A stretch of 64,000 nt of DNA, taken from assembly GCA_963760615.1 (NCBI GenBank), contig CAVXDX010000008.1, positions 128,001-192,000 on the forward strand, written 5' to 3'. The position numbers were made by a program, and so were the translations under genes. The notes beneath the pieces were generated by a model. It was not told the DNA's origin and made no database searches. It saw only the letters and a program-made list of their open reading frames with translations. Below are positions 19,619 through 29,137 of this stretch, in pieces (position 1 is the first letter of the stretch; each line of letters starts with the position of its first letter). Source of the DNA: an uncultured Candidatus Micrarchaeota archaeon. Its GTDB lineage: Archaea; Micrarchaeota; Micrarchaeia; Burarchaeales; Fermentimicrarchaeaceae.

Positions 19619-20404
19619 TCAAAAATCAACAAGGCTTTTGCCTTCCTCAATTTTCACAATCATCCCGTCCTTTGCGGCAATTGTTTCCACTCCGCTCTCC
19701 TTCTCTATGAATTTTGCCTCGGCCTCTGGGCCTGCGCGCAGCATTCCCATGCCGAAATGCTGTATTATCGCTTTCTTTGGCTTTGCTTCTTTTAAAACTC
19801 TTATGCTCAGCTCAGAATCCAGATGCCCCGGGTAGGGGGAGCCTGCTGGCTTAAGGTTGTTAAGTATGAGGCAGTCGCATCCTGAGAAAACCTTGCCAAG
19901 TTCGGGGAGGTAATCTGTGTCACTGGTATAGCCTATTGTCTTCCCAAGGGAAGAGAGCTTGAAGCCAATGCCTGAGTTGTCATCATGTTTCGTCGGGGTC
20001 GCCTCAAGTTCAACTCCCTTCACTGAGAATTTATCCCCGGCTCTTGCTATGAATTTCTTCTCAACAAGGTTTTGGTGGTATGCAGAAACAACCCTGTCAA
20101 ACCTTTCGTTTCCCTGAAGGGCAGAGCTGCTGCCTATGAGCACCCCCCTCTTCCTCTTCCCCCCGTCGGTCATTGCCTCTATGATGAGGTTTGCGTCGTT
20201 TGAGTGGTCTATGTGGGCGTGGGATATGACAACTGCATCAAGCTTCTGCAAATCCTGCTTAAGCTCAATGCTCCTTATGAGCGCTCCGGGCCCTGGGTCG
20301 AAGTATATGTTGGCCTTTCCTTTAATTATAAAGCCTCCGGTTGCACGGAGCTGCTTCATTATTACGAATCTCGCACCGCCAGTTCCGCAGAATATTATCT
20401 CCAA
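19619..20404 (-). CDS. MBL-fold metallo-hydrolase
   Basis: GTGG, DPGPG, SHAHIDH, YTSDT, GHL motifs. Confidence 0.9.
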   Translation of the reverse strand: MEIIFCGTGGARFVIMKQLRATGGFIIKGKANIYFDPGPGALIRSIELKQDLQKLDAVVISHAHIDHSNDANLIIEAMTDGGKRKRGVLIGSSSALQGNERFDRVVSAYHQNLVEKKFIARAGDKFSVKGVELEATPTKHDDNSGIGFKLSSLGKTIGYTSDTDYLPELGKVFSGCDCLILNNLKPAGSPYPGHLDSELSIRVLKEAKPKKAIIQHFGMGMLRAGPEAEAKFIEKESGVETIAAKDGMIVKIEEGKSLVDF

Positions 20405-20496
20405 ATCATCGCCTTGATATGCTGAAAAAATCAGCTTATTTTTTGAGGGAGGAAGGTTTAATAAAGGTTATTTTACGAAATATAATTTGATGGGTT

Positions 20497-21990
20497 ATGG
20501 CAGATATAAGAACCGTTGAGGATATAAACAAGAGGATAAAAAGTGGCGATGTGGTGGTGGTCACGGCTCTGGAGATGAAGGACCTGATAGCTGAGAAAGG
20601 CCCTGAGAAGGCTGCCAAGGAGGTTGATGTTGTGACAACTGGCACATTTGGCATGACCACAAGCTCAGGTGTATTCATCAACTTCGGCCACTCCGACCCA
20701 CAGATAAAAATGGCGGGTGGAGAAGTTCTGCTCAATGATGTCCCTGCATACGCAGGGCTGGGCTCTGTCGATGTTTACATGGGCACCTCGCAGTCATCCA
20801 AGGTTCACAAGCAGGAGTACGGAGGAGGGCATGTCATAGAGGACCTTGTGAATGACAGACCCGTGAACCTCAAGGCATACGGGAGCGCAACCTACTGCCA
20901 TCCGATGAAGGAGATAGTCACAACGGTCACTCTGCATGATTTGAACCAAGCCATAATGGTGAACCCGAGGGCATTCTACCAGAGATACAGCGCCGCAACA
21001 AACTCCTCTGACAAGTTGATTTACACCTACCTGGGAGCGCTGCTACCAAGCTTCGGGAATGTCACATATTCATCTGCAGGCTCAATAAGCCCGCTCTACA
21101 ACGACCCTGCCTACGAAACCATAGGAGTTGGAACAAGGATATTCCTAGGGGGAGGCAAGGGGTATGTTATTGGGGAGGGGACTCAGCACAACCCTAGGAT
21201 GATGTCTGGCTCGCTCATGGTCAAGGGTGACTTGAAGAAGATGAAGCCCAAGTACCTCCGGGGTGCTACAGTAACCAACTACGGTCCAACTCTCTTCATA
21301 GGAGGGGGGGTGCCAATTCCAATTCTGAATGTAGGAGTTGCAAAGAACTGCGGGATAACTGACAGGGAGATAAAGGCGACGATATACGACTATCACATAG
21401 CAACAAGGGTGAAGCCAGTTGTCAAGAGGACAACATACGAGGAGCTCAAATCGGGCAGAGTTGCAATAGGAGACAGGGAGGTGAAGTGCTCTGGCCTGTC
21501 CAGCATAAACATGGCAATGGAGATTTGCGAGAAGCTCAAGGAGATGATTGAGAGGGGGGAGTTCTTCCTCACGGCACCTGTTGAGAAGATATCAATTGAA
21601 ACGGTGATGAAGCCAATGAAGCAGCTTTACACAAGAGCACTGGATGTTATGTCGCCCGCCGTGACGTGCACCCCAGATGACAGCTTAAAGGATGCTGAGA
21701 AGCTCATGCTGGATAGGAAAACAGATTATTTGGTTGCCGTTGACAAGCAGAAGCACCTCCAGGGGGTTCTCACCTCGTGGGATGTGGCGAAATCCCTGGT
21801 GACTGGGGGGAGCAAGGTGAAGGATGTCATGAAGTCGAAGGGAATTATAACAAGCAGGAAGGACGAGCCAGTTGAGGTGAGCGCCAAAAAACTGGAGCAG
21901 TATAGAGCTAGGGGGCTGCCAGTTGTGGATGAGGATGGAAGGGTGCTGGGAGTTGTGAAGATAGAGGATATAAAATACAAGGTGAAATGA
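20497..21990 (+). CDS. DUF39-CBS protein (L-aspartate semialdehyde sulfurtransferase family, homocysteine biosynthesis)
   Basis: VDVVTTGTFG, FINFGHSDP, YGGGHVIEDL, TIGVGTRIFLGG, GTQHNP; C-terminal CBS pair. Confidence 0.9.
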   Translation: MADIRTVEDINKRIKSGDVVVVTALEMKDLIAEKGPEKAAKEVDVVTTGTFGMTTSSGVFINFGHSDPQIKMAGGEVLLNDVPAYAGLGSVDVYMGTSQSSKVHKQEYGGGHVIEDLVNDRPVNLKAYGSATYCHPMKEIVTTVTLHDLNQAIMVNPRAFYQRYSAATNSSDKLIYTYLGALLPSFGNVTYSSAGSISPLYNDPAYETIGVGTRIFLGGGKGYVIGEGTQHNPRMMSGSLMVKGDLKKMKPKYLRGATVTNYGPTLFIGGGVPIPILNVGVAKNCGITDREIKATIYDYHIATRVKPVVKRTTYEELKSGRVAIGDREVKCSGLSSINMAMEICEKLKEMIERGEFFLTAPVEKISIETVMKPMKQLYTRALDVMSPAVTCTPDDSLKDAEKLMLDRKTDYLVAVDKQKHLQGVLTSWDVAKSLVTGGSKVKDVMKSKGIITSRKDEPVEVSAKKLEQYRARGLPVVDEDGRVLGVVKIEDIKYKVK

Positions 21991-22391
21991 TGGGCAAGAG
22001 GATTATTGCGCTGTTCCCAAACAGGGAATACAGGGAGTCAATACTGCAGGAGGCTGTCCTCAAGAGCGGAACCATTTTCAATACTATCAAGGTGGAGACG
22101 ACCCCCACCCATGTAAAAGTTATGGGAGAGATAAAGGCGAATGAGGAGAAGGCGCAGGAGTTCATCAGGATACTAAAGAGGATGAGCGGAATTGTGAAGG
22201 AGCTTGGAGTGATTATGAGGTTCGACCCGGAAAAATGCGTTGCCTGCGGCCTGTGCGTCTCTCTCTGCCCCACCAAGGCGATAATAGCCAACAGGGATTT
22301 CTCCGTAAGATACGACTTTGATGAGTGCATACTGTGCATGAACTGCGTGAACAACTGCCCAGTGAATGCTGTGAGCTACCTGGGTGACTAG
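21987..22391 (+). CDS. NIL-domain/2x[4Fe-4S] ferredoxin partner of DUF39-CBS
   Basis: CVACGLCVSLCP and CILCMNCVNNCP; N-terminal NIL-like domain; adjacent to DUF39-CBS. Confidence 0.88.
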   Translation: MMGKRIIALFPNREYRESILQEAVLKSGTIFNTIKVETTPTHVKVMGEIKANEEKAQEFIRILKRMSGIVKELGVIMRFDPEKCVACGLCVSLCPTKAIIANRDFSVRYDFDECILCMNCVNNCPVNAVSYLGD

Positions 22392-23114
22392 TTGATTGAG
22401 AGGAAGCTGGTTTTCAAGGAGTCGAAAATATTTTTGAAAATAGAGAGGGAGAGATTCTTTGATGTCGCCCATGCATCTCTTCTTAGAAACAGGGTGGAGC
22501 TGGAGGAGTATATCGCGCTGCATCCATTCTTCAGAAGCACCCTGGAGCCGCTGGAAGTGGAGAGGGATGCACCAAGAGTTGTAAAGTTGATGGCAGACGC
22601 TGCTGAGAAAACACGGGTTGGACCCATGGCTGCCGTTGCCGGTGCGCTTGCAGATTTGATGCTTGAGGATGTTGTGAGGGAGGGATGCAAATATGCAATC
22701 ATCGAGAACGGCGGGGATATAGCAATGAAGGTTGACAGGGCTGCGAATGTGGCGGTGTATGCAGGCGATTCCCCCTTCTCAGGCAAAATCGGTTTTGAGG
22801 TTATGCCAAAGGATACACCCCTGGGGGTGTGCACAAGCTCAGGGACAGTGGGGCATGCAATATCATTCGGCAATGCGGATGCGGCAGTTGCATTTGCCGA
22901 TTCTGCAGCGCTTGCCGATGCAGCTGCAACTGCTCTTGGGAATGCTGTGAAGAGCGAGGCCTATGTGAAAAAGGCTGCAGAGCTTGCAAAGAGCCTCTCT
23001 ATAAGAGGGGCTGTTGTGATAAAGGGGAAGAGCATTGCAGCTTGGGGGAGGATCCCTAGAATTATAAATGGCAAGGGTTTACCAGAATACTTTTATAAGG
23101 AGTTTTTTGAATAA
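22392..23114 (+). CDS. UPF0280 (ApbE-like) protein
   Basis: VGPMAAVAGALAD, IENGGDIA, GVCTSSGTVGHAISFGNADA; TTG start. Confidence 0.92.
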   Translation: MIERKLVFKESKIFLKIERERFFDVAHASLLRNRVELEEYIALHPFFRSTLEPLEVERDAPRVVKLMADAAEKTRVGPMAAVAGALADLMLEDVVREGCKYAIIENGGDIAMKVDRAANVAVYAGDSPFSGKIGFEVMPKDTPLGVCTSSGTVGHAISFGNADAAVAFADSAALADAAATALGNAVKSEAYVKKAAELAKSLSIRGAVVIKGKSIAAWGRIPRIINGKGLPEYFYKEFFE

Positions 23115-23128
23115 TATACTGCACGCAT

Positions 23129-23200
23129 GGCCGCGGTAGTCTAATGGCATGACGGCGGGCTGTGGACCCGCAGGAGGGGGTCCGATTCTCCCCCGCGGCC
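23129..23200 (+). tRNA. tRNA-His(GTG) with genomic G-1
   Basis: G-GCCGCGG/CCGCGGC-C acceptor, GCGGG-CT-GTG-GA-CCCGC anticodon arm. Confidence 0.93.
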
Positions 23201-23285
23201 CTTATCCTACTTATAAATAGGTAATCAGATATACGAAAGAAAACTTTATCTATTATATACGTAGTTAGTATACCAATATGGAGAG

Positions 23286-23651
23286 GTGTTGTTTGTGGAA
23301 AGAGGCATTACCAAGGAGGAAATGGCATACATAAAGAGTCTTGCATCGGTTTTTTCTCAGAAATGGACATTTAATATTGTTTTTGCTCTTGCCAATGGTA
23401 ATGAGGATACGGGGTTCAATGAGCTTATGAAGAATCTCGGGGGGATAAGCGCCGCAGTTCTGTCTCATAGGCTAAAAATCCTTCAGAAGTGGGGGTATGT
23501 GGAGCGTGAGGTAAGGATTGGCCCTCCTACAAGAACAAGGTATAAACTTAGCGAGAAGGGAAGAGGCTTGATAAAGGTTGCTGATTTTGTCCTCCAACAC
23601 AGAGGCAAAACAACATATTCAACAGAGACGTTGAGCGGCGCACGTTTGTAG
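23286..23651 (+). CDS. HxlR-family winged-helix transcriptional regulator
   Basis: KWTFNIV, GFNEL..GISAAVLSHRLK.L..G.VER, PPTRTRYKLSEKG. Confidence 0.88.
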   Translation: MLFVERGITKEEMAYIKSLASVFSQKWTFNIVFALANGNEDTGFNELMKNLGGISAAVLSHRLKILQKWGYVEREVRIGPPTRTRYKLSEKGRGLIKVADFVLQHRGKTTYSTETLSGARL

Positions 23652-25547
23652 CTACTTCAGCCTTATTGCATCAAGATTCATGGGGGCGCGAGTTTCGAAA
23701 TGCATCATCTTGTTTAATGATTTTGCCAAATCATCGCACTTGCTCTCATCGCCATGAAGAGTGAAAACCCTTTCAGGGCTTGGCCTGAGATTCCTCACGA
23801 AGTTCAGCAGCTGGTGCCTATCGCTGTGCCCAGAGAACCCGTCGACTGTTTCAACTCTCATGTTAACCTTGACAGTTTCCAGCATACCTTTCTCCCCAAG
23901 CACTGGTATCTCCTTCATTCCATTCTGTATCTTCCTCCCCAGGGAGAGGGCGCTCTGGTAGCCCACAAATATGAGAAGGTTGTTTGGGTTATCCGCCATC
24001 ATCTTGAAGTACTCAACAGCAGGCCCTCCGCTCATCATGCCTGAAGGTGCAAGTATGACGCAGGGGTCTCCCTCAACTATGTCTTTCCTGTTGTTTTTTA
24101 CAGATTCGAATATTTTTGACTCGAAGGGACTCTTGTTTGAGAGCACCCTCCTCTGCACATTCTGCCTGAGGTATTCTGGGTAGGCGGTGTGAATTGCTGA
24201 TGCCTCCAGAATCATGCCGTCTATGTATATGGGGCATTCGAAGGCTGAACTCATGTTCTGTGCGTACTCCTCCATGACTAGCATTATCTCCTGTGACCTT
24301 CCCACAGCAAAGACAGGTATGAGCACCTTGCCCTTGTTCTGCACTGTCTGGTGAATGAGCTCGTTCAACCTTCTCTCCGCATCCTGCCTCTGGGGCATGA
24401 TGTCATCCCTCCCTCCGTATGTGCTTTCCATGAAGAGAGTTTCGACTCTGGGGAAGGTTGTTGTTGCCTGGTCAAAAAGCCTTGTGAAGCCATATTTTAT
24501 GTCACCTGTGAAAATGAGGTTGTGCAGCCCATCCCCTATGTGCAAGTGTATCATTGAACTGCCAAGTATATGCCCTGCATTGTGGAACGTGAGCTTAATC
24601 TCTGGAGTTATATCCGTAACCTCGTCATATTCTCTGGCTACGCACATGTTGAGCATCTTCCTTACGTCCTTCTCAGCATAGGGCGGGGTCAGGCCGTTCT
24701 TCTGCAGTACGTTGATGTAGTCGAACTGCAGCATCACCATGAGGTCTCTTGTTGGCGGGGTACAGTAGATTGGTCCGTCATAGCCATAGGCAACCAGGTA
24801 TGGAAGGAAGCCGGAGTGGTCCAGATGAGCATGAGTAACTATGACCGCATCCAGCTCATCCAAAGCCAGATTCATGGCATTGAGGTATGGGTAAGCCCTG
24901 CTCCCCTCACTTGTTTCCGGGTTGACGCCGCAGTCCAGCAGTATTTTGTCGTTTGAAGTCTGCAGCAGCAGGCATGTCCTGCCAACCTCCCTGAAGCCTC
25001 CCAGAGCAGTGACCTTGACCCAGTCGCTTTTCTGCGGCTGTGCGGAAATCTTCTTGCCAAGCCCTGCCAGGAATTTTTTCCTGAAGTCTGATTCCTTGAA
25101 AAATGATGACCTTATCCCCTTTATGGTGTCCGAAGGCATAGTAGGGGTTCTGAGTATCTTTGGCGCCCATCCTGTCTGGAGTATTATCGCCTTGAGTGTC
25201 GAGCCGCCCTTCCCTATAACCAAGCCTGGCTTCAGCGAGTCTATTATGACCTCGCAGAACTCCGGGGAGAACTTGATGTCCGTCACGCCCGCTTCTTGAG
25301 GGATTATCTCCTGAATTTTCTTAAGGGCAACATCCGGAGGGGACAGGTGGGACGGGTCGCTCCTCACCAGAACCCTTTTCCTCAAGGCCCCAGCTATTTT
25401 CTTTATGAGGTTGGGGTCTGAGTAGAAAGCCTCTATGTTGTCTAGGTATATTGCTATGTCAGGGCCCTCATACTCGGTTTTTGTAATCGCGCAACCGCTA
25501 GGTAATATGGGCTCTAACTTCTTCTGTATATCGTTGTTATTGTTCAG
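23652..25547 (-). CDS. Beta-CASP ribonuclease aCPSF1 (KH + MBL + beta-CASP); probable CTG start
   Basis: YEGPDIAIY, KPGLVIGKGG, LGGFREVGR, THAHLDH, AGHILGS, FSGHSD; frame open upstream of the ORF-track start to a TAA just beyond 25547. Confidence 0.93.
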   Translation of the reverse strand: MNNNNDIQKKLEPILPSGCAITKTEYEGPDIAIYLDNIEAFYSDPNLIKKIAGALRKRVLVRSDPSHLSPPDVALKKIQEIIPQEAGVTDIKFSPEFCEVIIDSLKPGLVIGKGGSTLKAIILQTGWAPKILRTPTMPSDTIKGIRSSFFKESDFRKKFLAGLGKKISAQPQKSDWVKVTALGGFREVGRTCLLLQTSNDKILLDCGVNPETSEGSRAYPYLNAMNLALDELDAVIVTHAHLDHSGFLPYLVAYGYDGPIYCTPPTRDLMVMLQFDYINVLQKNGLTPPYAEKDVRKMLNMCVAREYDEVTDITPEIKLTFHNAGHILGSSMIHLHIGDGLHNLIFTGDIKYGFTRLFDQATTTFPRVETLFMESTYGGRDDIMPQRQDAERRLNELIHQTVQNKGKVLIPVFAVGRSQEIMLVMEEYAQNMSSAFECPIYIDGMILEASAIHTAYPEYLRQNVQRRVLSNKSPFESKIFESVKNNRKDIVEGDPCVILAPSGMMSGGPAVEYFKMMADNPNNLLIFVGYQSALSLGRKIQNGMKEIPVLGEKGMLETVKVNMRVETVDGFSGHSDRHQLLNFVRNLRPSPERVFTLHGDESKCDDLAKSLNKMMHFETRAPMNLDAIRLK

Positions 25548-25606
25548 AAAACCGCCTTAATTCTGCCTATTCAAGACAGGATTATAAAATAATCAAAGTT
25601 AATCAC

Positions 25607-26233
25607 TCATGCCTTTGTTTCTAGAATCTTCTTTACTGCATCCTTATCAAATCTCTTAAAACCTTCGGGGGTTATGGTGACCAGATCTATTCCATCACCG
25701 GTTCCCACATCCCTCTTCATGGCAACTGAGAGTGCCTTGAGAGCAACCTTGAGGTTGTCCTTTATGCTCCCGCCCTCCTTGAAAGCATCCTCCAGCAGAC
25801 CGTATGCAACCGGTGAGCCGCTGCCTGTGGAGACAGCCTTCTCCTCAGTAACACCGCCCACAGGGTCAAGGTTGAAAATGCGGGGCGTATCATCAACGCC
25901 TCCAACAAGAATCTGGACGAGGAACGGAGCGAACTTGTACTGGGAGAGTATGTTTGACAGCAGAGTCGTTGCAGCGCCGACGCTCATTGGCTTTGCGTAG
26001 TTCATCCTGTAGAGCTGCGACTCAAATTTCATGTATCTAACAAGCGTCTGGGCATCGCCAACGCTCCCTGCGACCGTGACTCCCAGCATGTCATCTATCT
26101 GGAATATCTTATCCACATCTCTGTTTGCAATAAAGTAGCCCATCGTGGCTCTCTTGTCCGCAGCAAAGATTACTCCATCACTGCAGACTAACCCTATTGT
26201 TGTTGTACCTTTCAATGTTTTAGCTTCTTCCAT
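25607..26233 (-). CDS. psmB: Proteasome subunit beta
   Basis: Propeptide then KG|TTTIG, AADKRAT, AGSVGDAQ, GSGSPVAYG. Confidence 0.96.
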   Translation of the reverse strand: MEEAKTLKGTTTIGLVCSDGVIFAADKRATMGYFIANRDVDKIFQIDDMLGVTVAGSVGDAQTLVRYMKFESQLYRMNYAKPMSVGAATTLLSNILSQYKFAPFLVQILVGGVDDTPRIFNLDPVGGVTEEKAVSTGSGSPVAYGLLEDAFKEGGSIKDNLKVALKALSVAMKRDVGTGDGIDLVTITPEGFKRFDKDAVKKILETKA

Positions 26234-26286
26234 ACTATGCACCTAGTGGTCGCAGAAAAAGCAATAGTATTACTGCATACATGTTT

Positions 26287-26973
26287 TTAAGCCTTCTGCT
26301 CCAGAGCATATTCCTCCACCACGCTGACCTTCTTCACATCTCCCATGAGGTTTAGCAGAGAGTTCACGAAGTTGGATTTGCTAATTACGAAATCCACATC
26401 CTTCTTTACTGAAGTTGAGAATACAACCTGCAGGACGTCCCCTTCCAGCTTGAAGCTGTCAGCCTTGAGGTTGAAGCTATCAAGAATTGCCTGTATTTTG
26501 GGGTTTGTTTCCGTGAGCTTCTCCTCAATTTTCACATCATATATGACTCTCTCGCCTGCAAGAGGGTGGTTCAGGTCCACCATCACCCTTCCGCCGCTCA
26601 CGCTCTTGACAATTCCCTTCATCCCGTCCAAATCGAGCAGCATGCCAGGGAATGGGTTCAGCTCCCTCTTCTTGAACTCCGCGAGGGGGAGTATTCTTAC
26701 AAGATTCGGGTCCCTGGTGCCGAATGCATCCTCGGGGGGGAGCTCAATCGACTTCTGCTCCCCAACGCCCATGCTCTTGAGAGATTCATCAAGGCCCTTA
26801 ACAACATGGCCCTTGCCGAGCACGACCAGCACTGGGGCGTACCTCCTGCCCTCTTCAGGTATTCCAGCCTCCTTTGCTTTCTCTGCGCTTGTGGTGTCAA
26901 AAATCTTCCCTGTCGCTGCAGTTCTGCCTGTGTAGCTTATCTTTATGAAGTCGCCATCCTTGAGCTTGTCCAT
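26287..26973 (-). CDS. Long-type FKBP peptidyl-prolyl isomerase (SlyD-like)
   Basis: GDFIKISYTGR, FDTT, PPEDAFG, VDLNHPLAG. Confidence 0.93.
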   Translation of the reverse strand: MDKLKDGDFIKISYTGRTAATGKIFDTTSAEKAKEAGIPEEGRRYAPVLVVLGKGHVVKGLDESLKSMGVGEQKSIELPPEDAFGTRDPNLVRILPLAEFKKRELNPFPGMLLDLDGMKGIVKSVSGGRVMVDLNHPLAGERVIYDVKIEEKLTETNPKIQAILDSFNLKADSFKLEGDVLQVVFSTSVKKDVDFVISKSNFVNSLLNLMGDVKKVSVVEEYALEQKA

Positions 26974-27018
26974 ACAAAAACCTCCTGGATTTAATATTTT
27001 GCGTTTAAATCATTATTT

Positions 27019-28209
27019 ATGGAGAGAGACACTTTAATAAAAGTATTTGCGCTGGGCATGGTGATTTTTTTTGTTGTGGAGCTGTTCTCAACGCGCTCTG
27101 CCGTAACCAGCACGCCCCAGCAGACAAACCAGACCAGCAATGAGACGCCGGTGTACGGAGCTGGAGCGGCAACTGCAACACTCATGGCGTATACAAACTA
27201 CCTCAACCTTTTCAAGAGCGGTACGGATTTATCAAGAAACGCCTCAATCGGGGAGCTCAGCAGCATAGCGGGCGTTGGATTCGTTAATAACCAGAGCGGG
27301 GGAGTGACCCTGGTGCTGGATAACGGCGCGAATGTAAGCCTGGTTGCCCAGAAGGTGAAAGAGAGGTTTCCGGATGTTAATGTCACGGCACTTGCCCTGT
27401 TCTCAATTCCATCAGATGTCGTATTCACCACTCAGAATGGCAGCAAGAACGTCAGCATACCATTCCTGCTTCAGATTGAGACTGAGCCCAATCTGGATAT
27501 TGGGGATAATGTCACTGTATCACTCTCCGGCATTCTGCAGGGGGACCAGCTTGCGAGCAACCCAATTGCAAAAATAATCCCAACCCAAATGGATGTATCC
27601 ACTACTGCAGTTGTAAGCGGAATCAGCGACCAGTATGTCGCTTTAATCGTGCTTAGCTGGGAGATGAGAAACGTAAATGTCAGCATGATTGCTGGGGAGT
27701 TTCCAGCCACAATGAGGAATGTGAGTGTTAACTACACCCCCAACTCCTATGTTGCTGTCACTGGGCTGAATTCAGCGGGCAATGACACAATAGGAAAAAT
27801 CAGCAAGCTGAGCTATGTCACGGAAGTCAACGGTGATATTGTGTATGTGAGAAATGAAATGAACAGCTCGGAGAAGCTGGCTGCAGATTTGAAAGGCATA
27901 CTTGGGGGCAATGCGACTCTGGACTACCCTGTCTCCATAATGTCTGTACAGTTCTCATCGGAAAACTTCAGCATGGGGGACATACTTAAACCCACTGGTG
28001 GAGAGCTTTTGCTTTACAGGAAAATGTCCTTGGCACTTGGGGACAGTATAAAAGTTGGAGGGGTTGGTTATGAGGTACCTGCCAACACAACTTTTGATAG
28101 TTTCCTCAACAGTTCCTATTCTGTTGGCAAGAATATCAGCGTTGAGCTTGGAATCGGTACAATGGGGAAAAGGATTGTCAGCATATCTCTGAAAAATCTC
28201 TTGAGTTAG
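27019..28209 (+). CDS. Hypothetical membrane-anchored surface glycoprotein
   Basis: Single N-terminal TM; 19 NxS/T sequons counted in 396 aa. Confidence 0.75.
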   Translation: MERDTLIKVFALGMVIFFVVELFSTRSAVTSTPQQTNQTSNETPVYGAGAATATLMAYTNYLNLFKSGTDLSRNASIGELSSIAGVGFVNNQSGGVTLVLDNGANVSLVAQKVKERFPDVNVTALALFSIPSDVVFTTQNGSKNVSIPFLLQIETEPNLDIGDNVTVSLSGILQGDQLASNPIAKIIPTQMDVSTTAVVSGISDQYVALIVLSWEMRNVNVSMIAGEFPATMRNVSVNYTPNSYVAVTGLNSAGNDTIGKISKLSYVTEVNGDIVYVRNEMNSSEKLAADLKGILGGNATLDYPVSIMSVQFSSENFSMGDILKPTGGELLLYRKMSLALGDSIKVGGVGYEVPANTTFDSFLNSSYSVGKNISVELGIGTMGKRIVSISLKNLLS

Positions 28210-28239
28210 ACTTAAATTGAGGAAAGGCGAAGTTAATCT

Positions 28240-28755
28240 GTGCGAACCGGTTTTGGCGAGCATCTAGCCGCTGGAGTGGCGATATTCCTCATACTTCTTT
28301 TTCTTCTGGGGATTCCGGCAGCAGCTGAGCTGCTTCTCGGCGGCACATTCTTCATACTTGGGGCGCTCATGCCTGATGTGGACAGCCCTCTCTCAAAGCC
28401 AAGGAAGTTTATGAGAAAGGTCGTCTTTACTCTTGCTATTTTTTTCCTCCTTCTCTTTTACCCGCAGCTTTCTGCAGCCTGCGGCAGGTTTGCAGGTGAA
28501 TCACTCTGTGTATATTTCCCCCTCATCTCCATTCTCCTTGTTTTTGCAATAGTCTACCTGCTGGATTTCTTTATTCCAAGGCACAGGGGTTTTTTTCACA
28601 GTTTCTCAGCTGCAGTGCTCTACAGTACGGCAGTGTGCCTGCTGATGCTCTCCCTTGGAGCGGGAGGCTCTTTCAGAATTGGCGCATGGGCTTTTGGCGG
28701 GTACGTCTCCCATCTGGCTGTGGATTTCATTGGAGATGCCATTCCTTTTAAATAG
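28240..28755 (+). CDS. Membrane-bound metal-dependent hydrolase (YdjM-like)
   Basis: H..AG, GALMPDVD, RHRGFFHS, SHLAVD. Confidence 0.88.
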   Translation: MRTGFGEHLAAGVAIFLILLFLLGIPAAAELLLGGTFFILGALMPDVDSPLSKPRKFMRKVVFTLAIFFLLLFYPQLSAACGRFAGESLCVYFPLISILLVFAIVYLLDFFIPRHRGFFHSFSAAVLYSTAVCLLMLSLGAGGSFRIGAWAFGGYVSHLAVDFIGDAIPFK

Positions 28756-28835
28756 GGGATGAGTAATAGTATTGGCAATGACGATACCGTCCCAGAGGGA
28801 TACAATATGACCGACGGAGTAGCTTCGGAGCCACT

Positions 28836-29111
28836 CTAATCTAGTTTGAAGTAATACGCCTTATCCTTGAGGTTGTACCTGCACTTCAATTTTCCGGATT
28901 TGACAAGCGAATCAAAAAGCTTGAAGCACAGTACTGAGAACTTTGACTTTCCGCTTCCAATGATTGCAAGGAACTGCTCCCCAGTGTCTGTGAGCAGGTA
29001 CCTCTTCCCGCTTACCTCCCTTATGATTCCAAGCGCCTCAAAAAAGCCCAGTCCATCCCTGAGCTCATCCTCAGTCAGCTTGTAAGCCTTGAGTGGGGCG
29101 TCATCCTCCAT
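28836..29111 (-). CDS. Small hypothetical winged-helix-like protein
   Basis: LGFFEALGIIREVSGKRYLLTDTG wing-like pattern. Confidence 0.55.
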   Translation of the reverse strand: MEDDAPLKAYKLTEDELRDGLGFFEALGIIREVSGKRYLLTDTGEQFLAIIGSGKSKFSVLCFKLFDSLVKSGKLKCRYNLKDKAYYFKLD

Positions 29112-29137
29112 AGTTTATTCATTAATTGTTTAAATTA

